Below the pieces are notes generated by a model that saw only the letters and a list, made by a program, of their open reading frames with translations, had not been told where the DNA came from and did not search any database. Made by a program: the position numbers and the translations under genes. 32,000 nt of DNA from Rotaria magnacalcarata (Eukaryota), in the NCBI GenBank assembly GCA_905321285.1, contig CAJNRF010010171.1:100756-132755 (forward strand), written 5' to 3'. Below are positions 24,735 to 32,000 of this stretch, one piece after another; within the stretch, counting starts at the first letter, position 1, and each line of letters starts with the position of its first letter.

Positions 24735-27700
24735 GTCTCTCCTTCGGTGTTTATATTTCTTCTTTTTCTTTCTTCTTCTTCACCAGCCCACACACGCACG
24801 CAGATCAGCACAGACTGTCAAATTCTCATCCCAAAACTTCCTTCAGGGCTACCTATGATATGTCTTCTCTTCTCGTTCACGTTTGATTTTCTTTTGTCTA
24901 GATGGAAATCAAACAAAACAAGTGAAAAAAAAGAAGAAGAAAAAGAAAAATCAAATTGGAAATTGGTTTTTGGTTTTTTTTCTATTCACACATACGCACA
25001 CATATACGAAACATATTTCAAATTGCGGTTTACAGAAAAAAAAAAGCTAAGTGGATGATTGTGAATAAAAAGTAGTGAATTTTAATATGTTTAAGAAAAA
25101 AGATCGAAGACAAAGAGACGTACGAGAAGAAAAAGTGAAGAATAAAAAAGAAAAAGAAAATGAGACCACCAAATAAAAAAACAACATTTTCATCATGTGG
25201 ATGGTGTTTGCCGTTATTAATACGCGCAACAATAGTGGCCGTGAAAGACACAAAAATGTTGTGGCTTGCGGTCGCATAACAAAAGAAAAAGATATAGATC
25301 TTTCATTTTATTTAGAAAAAAAGAAGTTGTGTATTTGTAATCAGAGAAAATAAATATGCTACGTACTACGAACATTACCCATAGGTAAACTACGAAGTTT
25401 ACCTATGTTGTAATCGACTCAATATCTGCTATATTAAAGTAAAAAAAGAGAGAATATATAAAAGCGACTGATGAACATAGGAAAGAACAAATGCGTTAAA
25501 AGCTCGCAGTACCTTCACATAAGAATAAAAAGAAAGCGAAAAGGGACGCTCGTGTGTTCATGTAAACTGACTGCTGCTATGATGTCAGTTGATAGAAAAT
25601 TTCTTGCTTCTTTTAACCACACACATTCCATTAAGATTTACAACTTTTCTTTTACACTTGAAATGAAAGACGAGGACAGACGAGAGTATATGGCATAGAG
25701 AGAAAAAATTGGCTTCTTTCATTGTCGTTCTTCTTCTTCTACCACTACGACTACTTATTTCAATGCTCGTTATAAACATAACGTTCAGTTGTGGTTGCTT
25801 CTCTCTTCTTTTTTCTTTTTACAATCACAAGAATCACCAGTTATAGAAAATAAGCATTCTTATTTTCTGTCATTAAATAATCTTACCAGCATTAGCATGA
25901 CATTTACTTTATCGATAGAGAACATTTGTGTAAGATGATAATGGCATAATGAAAATATTTTTTTTTTCTTATCCACAACTCATACCTGTTGTATCAATAA
26001 AGACAACGAATGGACGTAATATTTCATAGACTATAAATGCATTTCATTTTCTTGACTTTTTCTTTTTCATATTCGTTTTTTTGTTTTACTTGATACTTAA
26101 TGCACCCTACAAGTTTGACGAATTTATATCCAATTTCTGTATGTCGATAGATCGTTTCCTATTGCTCATATTATTTCATTTAACTAATACCATCAATTTA
26201 CGACAAAAAATTTCCTTATAACTGACATTTAAAAGACTTCAACTTGCTAACAGCGATCCTTGTCTGTACTATAAACTTGTTTCTTTTTTGTTTAAAATTG
26301 ATCTACAAATTTAAATAATAGAATATTCTTCACAATAAAATAGTATCAATACAAATCATATGTATATCCATTGCCATCTAAGTTTATTTACTTCATCGAA
26401 AAGAAAAAAAACTCGGATAAATTTAGCTGTGTCAACTATTAATAGAATCATTTGACAGTAATGTTCTGTTTACATTAAAATTTGTCGTTTTCGTTAGAGT
26501 TTTTATAAAAATCAATCTTTTCAATCAACAAACTAAATATTCGAAATAAAATGTAAATCAGAGTTGTTATGTTGTATTTGCCAACACTATCAAGAACAGA
26601 TACTATTGTATTCCTTATAATTATACTCTGTATTATAATATAATTTTGTTAACATGATTTAAGTAACTCTTATAGTCTTTTTATTATTGAATATTTCATG
26701 AATACAGTATACCGTTTATAGGCGTGAATAATAAATTATATTGTAAAAAATAGTAAGTTTAGATACATTTTATACGTAGAAATAACAGCTCTGGTTTTAG
26801 CGAGTATACGATTTACACAAAGCTAATCATCAGACAATTCTTTCAATAATCATTCAATAGTCAACAAATACTCGAATTCAATGGAATTATAATGTTTTCT
26901 ATATCTAACATTACTTTATCTAAATGATTTAGTCGTATAAAAATCTAAATTCTCTCGTCTCATATTTATTTTGAGATTCAGTGATTTCATCATAAATGTC
27001 AATATCGTGACATCATTAATCATAAAAATCTTGAAAATTGGCCATACATTCAAATTTAATAATCTTGAAGTATCTTGATATCATCTACTATAATGATTAT
27101 GATAGAAGCTTTGCATTGTTGTTGTTTTCGATGCAGCGCTGCAATGCGATATTGAATAATTTTGATTCGTGTGCTTCTTATCAAAAAGTAAAATTTGTAG
27201 TGTAAAGCTATGTAATAGAGATTTATCAAAACTTTTTCTGAAGATCATCAAATCTGAACACAAAAATAGAACATATGAGAAATTTCTATCACAAAATCTG
27301 ATTAAACTCAATAAGCAAGGGGCTATGATGTATACTGGGGTACATATCATCATTGGATTATGTACATTTATGTGGATATAATCAATCAATTAATTAGTGA
27401 ATAATTAGTTATATTATAGAGTCTATATTTTAGTGTAAGTATGAATGCAGTTGTAAACGATTGGTATTCTCTATATTCACACCCAATAATCCATTAATTA
27501 CATTTAAAACTGTACTAAAATTTAATAGTCACTTATTTATTTAGTATTATCACTTAACTGAGTGCACATAGTCAATTTCTAGAATTTGTTTTACTTCAAA
27601 TTAATCTCAATTAATTTTTTTCCACTATTAACTGTCGATGTTTTCTAGTACTGCAAAGATGCAGAAGTCTTCATTAAAACGATAGTTTTCTTAGAGTAAT

Positions 27701-28865
27701 AAAATAGTTCGTCTTAAACACAAGAGATCATGAAATAAACAGTTTAATTGAATAATTAACTCAACGTCTATAACACAGCAACAAAGTTTACTTCAATGCC
27801 ATACAGACAATCTATATTCTATGCTAAATTAATGTTGACTGACAATCGAGCTTCGTAGTCTATCACTGCAGTAAATTGAAAAACCGTCAGAAAATCAGAA
27901 TATATTTTTTTCTGCACCAACCATCACCACTATGTAGTATGTTATTGTTTAATAAAGCATTTCATAAGCTTCTTTTTTCATATGAAATATATATTCTCTT
28001 AACAGTTTCTGTTTTGAAGTAGAATTTAGCATGTTTACTTTATAGTGATCCCTAATTATAAGCAAATAATGATACGATAAGATGCCATAATAGTGTTAGT
28101 ATTGAGAATTGTAAAATAAATCGAATATTTTTTTTTCTAGTGTGATATTATCTTCAAGTTACCTTGTAAAATTCAGAAACGAAGAAGAAAGTAAATATTG
28201 CGTAGCGTGTGAAATACGGTCGATTAAAAAAAAAAACAGGAAAGATTTTCTCAATATCTTGAACTTACATGTATTTCAGTGCATGTCAGGAAACATTTTG
28301 ATCATTTCTTTTACATAGTTTTTCATTAATCATGTTGCTAATAATGATGCACACGGTAGTGTCTGCCACGCATTATATAATTTTACGTGTATTACTGACA
28401 CGGACAGAAATTAGTTAAGCACAGAATATTTACTCTCAGATATAGAATTCCTATTTAAATGGTCATCAAGGAACAAGTACCATGCTTGATATTTAAAGTT
28501 AATTTGAACAAAAATCGAGACTACTTCGAACTACTGTCAAGTACTTTTGTGCTATTTTATCGTACTTAGGTAGACTTGAAAATCACTATTTGCCTATGTG
28601 ACAGACTACTCATGAAAATATTCTTTCTTGTTCATATATTGTATGTTCTTGAGCTTGATTTTCTGCATGTTCTATTATGAAAGAATGATTAGAAGAGAAT
28701 TTTTGGCAGTTAACTGTGATTTTCTTAGTCAAATCTAGTATTTTGATGTTATCTAATTCGTTTTTCCATTGAAGTGAACAAAACAAAACGTGTAGCTCGA
28801 AAGCATCTATTCATATTATTCACATATATGATTCTTAAATATTATCTAATATCTTTCAGTTGCAG

Positions 28866-28988
28866 TCAGATTTGACCTCAACTATTTTAATATAGGTCAA
28901 CCATACTTTTTATCCTAGTTTTATTTAAAAATGACCTAATTTAAATGACTCATAGAAATTATAGGTCAAATCTGACCTCATAGAATTC
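28866..28988. repeat. Local repeat cluster carrying five AGGTCA/TGACCT hexamers
   Basis: TGACCT occurs at 28873-28878, 28932-28937 and 28973-28978. AGGTCA occurs at 28894-28899 and 28963-28968. There is a 13-bp inverted repeat: tcagatttgacct (28866-28878) and aggtcaaatctga (28965-28977). tataggtcaa occurs twice (28891-28900 and 28959-28968). tgactcatagaaatt (28946-28960) resembles tgacctcatagaattc (28973-28988). Confidence 0.8.
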
Positions 28989-29130
28989 TGAAAATAACAG
29001 AACACCAGTGTTATGATCGAACACTATAAACAATATTTTTCTAGATTAGATAAGATTTACTGAAAACAATAAGCGCCTATGTATAATATGTGGCAATCGA
29101 TAGAAAAGACTTGCCACCAAAGACGAAGAA

Positions 29131-29136
29131 TTTATT
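29131..29136 (-). promoter_or_regulatory. Candidate AATAAA poly(A) signal of the aspartic protease gene
   Basis: Plus-strand tttatt equals minus-strand AATAAA, about 50 nt downstream of the stop codon (29188-29186). Confidence 0.35.
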
Positions 29137-29185
29137 TAATTTTTAACTTATAAAAAAGAAACACAGGCACTTTTGAAGTCGTAGT

Positions 29186-31089
29186 TTAAGGCAAAAGTTG
29201 ACGAAGCGGCGACTTCTTTTGTGCATTTCTCATAGTTGAATTTTTTGCTGGAACTGATTTTGCAAAGCCAACACGATTATTAGTAAAATCAAATTCAGTA
29301 TACCATGGTCCAATAAAAACATCGCCAAGAATCCAAAGTGGACCAGCTGGTGGTGGAATATCAATACCAGCAAAACCAGATATACAGATTGTTTCATTGT
29401 ATTGTGATACAACTAAAACATAATCGGGTCCATCCAAATAAAAATCTTTGCCATTGAGAGTAAAATTAATACGAGGTAACTTCGGTATCAAATTACAAGC
29501 AATGGTATACTAAATATGAAAAATACAAGTTAAAAGTAGCGAAAGAAAATTTTCTTCTTGTTACTTCACCACCAGGAATTGGTATTGCACCTAATTTAGC
29601 ATTAAGACTAGCGATTTCAGCTTTTGGACCAACTAAAAGACTTGTACCGGTATCAGCAATACTATCAGGAAAAGAACAGCTTTTTTATTACTCTAGAGGA
29701 AACTTAAAAAAGACTTCTCTCACGCTTGACAACCGCCTTTACAATATTCATTGGAATCGAATGCAATTCCATCGAGTTTAAATTGCCAATAATCTTTTCG
29801 AGTGACATCAACATAAGTAAAGTCACCTTCATAAAGATCAGGATCCGAACCACCTATTCAAAAAGAGAAAAGATCAGTTCTAGACAAACATCTGCAGGAA
29901 ATAAAAACATACCAAAAATAATTTCACCACCACGTGGATTTTTTGGATCACTGAAAACAAAATAAACTTTTGCCTAGACCTGTAAGAGATTTTTTTCTTA
30001 AAATTTACCGATCGAGCCAAAAACTAAAAATATTCTCTGGAACTAATTTCTGATCAAACATATTATTAAATACTGGGTAAACACCATCGACAGAAATAGA
30101 TTGATAAGCAAGACCAAGAATACCTGAACAAAAGTACACAAAAATATTTCTATCTATTAATCTTATTTTATCTTTACCATCAAATTTAGCTGTTACGAAG
30201 ACAATACCAGGTTGTTTAATAGCTTCAGCAAAACCTTGACTTACAATTTTAGCATCACCAATCTAATTCAAACCAAATAATATTTACACAAACAAGATTT
30301 ATTCTCTATCTTACTGTGACAGTATCTACACTAAGATATCCTTGAAGTGAACCAGTACCATATTGAATCTGGAAAAAAATAATTTTGAAAAAAAAATAAC
30401 AATCACATAAAAATTTTATTAACTTTAAAGTCTGTTCCATTGGCAACATATGTCGATGATTTTGAATGATCATATTTTTTGTGTAATTCTAAGTAAACAG
30501 CAATTTTTTAAATAATATTTCATTTTTAAATCAATAATTAACTTACGACAAGCAATATCTAATATTGAGCAGTGAACACTAAAATAAAATATTTCAATTA
30601 TTTCAAAACCACATTTCAAATACACGTATACCTTGGAACCCAAAGATTTGATGAACCAGTACTATTAGAAATAGAAAATCATTTTTTATCTTTTCTTTTG
30701 ATTATTTTAAACAAACATACTCAAAAACTACACGGAATGGTTGAGCTGGCGTACCAATGCCAATATCACCATAATATTGAGCCTAGAAATAATTATTAAA
30801 TATTTCAATAAGATTTTCTGCTTGTGTTACTTACATCCAAATAATTTGTTAATGATTCAGGAACTGGTCCATTAAGTTGATATTTACGTGCAAATTCAAT
30901 TGATTTATATGAACCAACTTCAAAAAGTTGATCATGAGCAGATTGAAAATGATTTAGTTTTACTCTAGATTTTTAGAATAAGATGAATCAATAGATGAAT
31001 CAATATACTAACCGATGAAGACGAGCATCTGCATTTGAAATAATTGATAAAGAGCAGACAAGAATTGCAAGACAAGAAAAGCCTTGCAT
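29186..31089 (-). CDS. Cathepsin D-like aspartic protease (pepsin family A1), complete, 13 exons, 412 aa
   Basis: Exons (minus): 31089-31013, 30964-30835, 30782-30721, 30661-30632, 30578-30547, 30488-30424, 30368-30315, 30262-30178, 30123-30009, 29950-29913, 29853-29724, 29661-29565, 29509-29186. The total is 1239 nt, all introns are GT-AG and phases are consistent. The signal peptide is [20 protein letters not shown]. The propeptide region reads ...[51 protein letters not shown], which includes the first catalytic [16 protein letters not shown] forms the flap. The second catalytic DTG is in [15 protein letters not shown]. The C-terminus reads [29 protein letters not shown] followed by a roughly 22-aa extension. 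Confidence 0.92.
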
Positions 31090-32000
31090 TTTGTTTCGTA
31101 TTCAAATTGTGTCTCTAGAATATAATGATAAAAGTTGATTAGTTCTCTACAGTAAAATAAGTCGAATGCACGAAAAGACGCAAAACTGTGAAATATTATA
31201 TGAAAAAGTTCGCTACGTGTTATCATACGTGTTTTTATCTCTTCATTTTCATTATCTATCAACGACTACATGCAGAAAAAACAGACTAGTGAGAGTTTCA
31301 TAAAAAGAATACCAAGGACTTTCTTCGTAAATATATTATTCATTTATCAAAGTTTACATGAGTTCTCTTTTTTTCGAAAAGAAAATATTTCAAAAGAAAT
31401 CCGAATGTTTTGTTTTTGTCTATCAATTCCTTCAGCTACTTTGAGTGCCCGATTATAGATGATACAAATTATTTTTGTTCGAAAAAACTTCATAGATTTG
31501 TGGTTTTAATCTGAAACGAGGGGCACAAAAAAATAATCAAGTGATGTTGACTTGAACTGTCGATGTAACATCACAAAGATATTCGTTTTACATTTGATTC
31601 TAATCATCGATTTTAAATTATCAAAGTTGTTCGTTTTCATAATTTTTACTTTATCTTAACTAAATAGTGCGTCTTATATATGACTACTTTTCCAAAAACA
31701 AAGTTGGATCACATATTACATATTGAAAGATAAAATTTCACGAAAATAAATCTATTGCAAGAATGTTTTATATTTCATAAAAAAAAAACATTTCCAGTAA
31801 GTAGATTATTAAAAACTCGTTTACACAATGGACCCAATCGTTTTACCAGTAAATCTGCATTTAACAAAACAGAAGACTGATTAATGCATTCAATAAAAAG
31901 AATTGAATCAGATAATCTTACGATTAGCGTATAACATGAAAAAAGTCAAAGTTTAAAGATCCCTATCAGTATGATCTTAGGTGGTACACAAAATAACACA

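Noticed and set aside
24747-25277. ORFs in the purine/pyrimidine-rich region upstream of the TSGA10-like gene (24747-25058 plus strand; 25030-25251 and 25047-25277 minus strand).
   Set aside because: They are translations of poly-purine/poly-pyrimidine low-complexity DNA (runs of K/E or F/L/S). This is most likely promoter or 5' UTR sequence.
25365-25407. A perfect 11-bp stem with a 6-nt loop (cataggtaaac-tacgaa-gtttacctatg, 25380-25407). It overlaps an imperfect 19-bp direct repeat (actacgaaNNttaccNat), about 650 bp upstream of the TSGA10-like ATG.
   Set aside because: By rough estimate, about one such short-loop 11-bp hairpin is expected by chance per window. No flanking features of a structured RNA gene or a known element are present.

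Overview
This window is eukaryotic (metazoan) nuclear DNA, not prokaryotic. It is visibly AT-rich and its genes are split by many short GT-AG introns, mostly about 50-100 bp. There are no operons, rRNA or tRNA genes, CRISPR arrays or recognisable intact mobile elements. By hand translation and phase-consistent exon chaining I can support eight protein-coding genes. (1) The 5' end of a T-box transcription factor (1-482, minus). (2) A complete 8-exon tyrosine hydroxylase (4035-6004, minus). (3) A Cys/His zinc-module plus coiled-coil protein with a duplicated C-terminal module (6813-8476, minus). (4) A three-exon predicted secreted Cys-containing protein (11980-12836, plus). (5) A roughly 8-helix membrane protein (12855-15005, minus) whose stop codon lies 18 bp from the stop of gene 4. 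(6) A small two-exon gene that the M-start ORF track only partly captures (its second exon is absent), encoding a 104-aa signal-peptide protein (16795-17183, plus). (7) A 22-exon TSGA10-like coiled-coil gene (17752-24734, minus; 3' end uncertain). (8) A 13-exon cathepsin D-like aspartic protease (29186-31089, minus). Two intervals (about 8.6-11.9 kb and 25.3-29.1 kb) contain no supportable coding sequence. I see no evidence for a novel multi-gene system; neighbouring genes look functionally unrelated. The most interesting items are the small prohormone-like gene, the tail-to-tail overlap of genes 4 and 5, the duplicated Cys/His module, a stop codon overlapping a splice donor in the TSGA10-like gene, and a dense AGGTCA half-site cluster. 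All coordinates were mapped by hand and may be off by 1-2 nt. No database search was possible, so family calls rest on remembered motifs.
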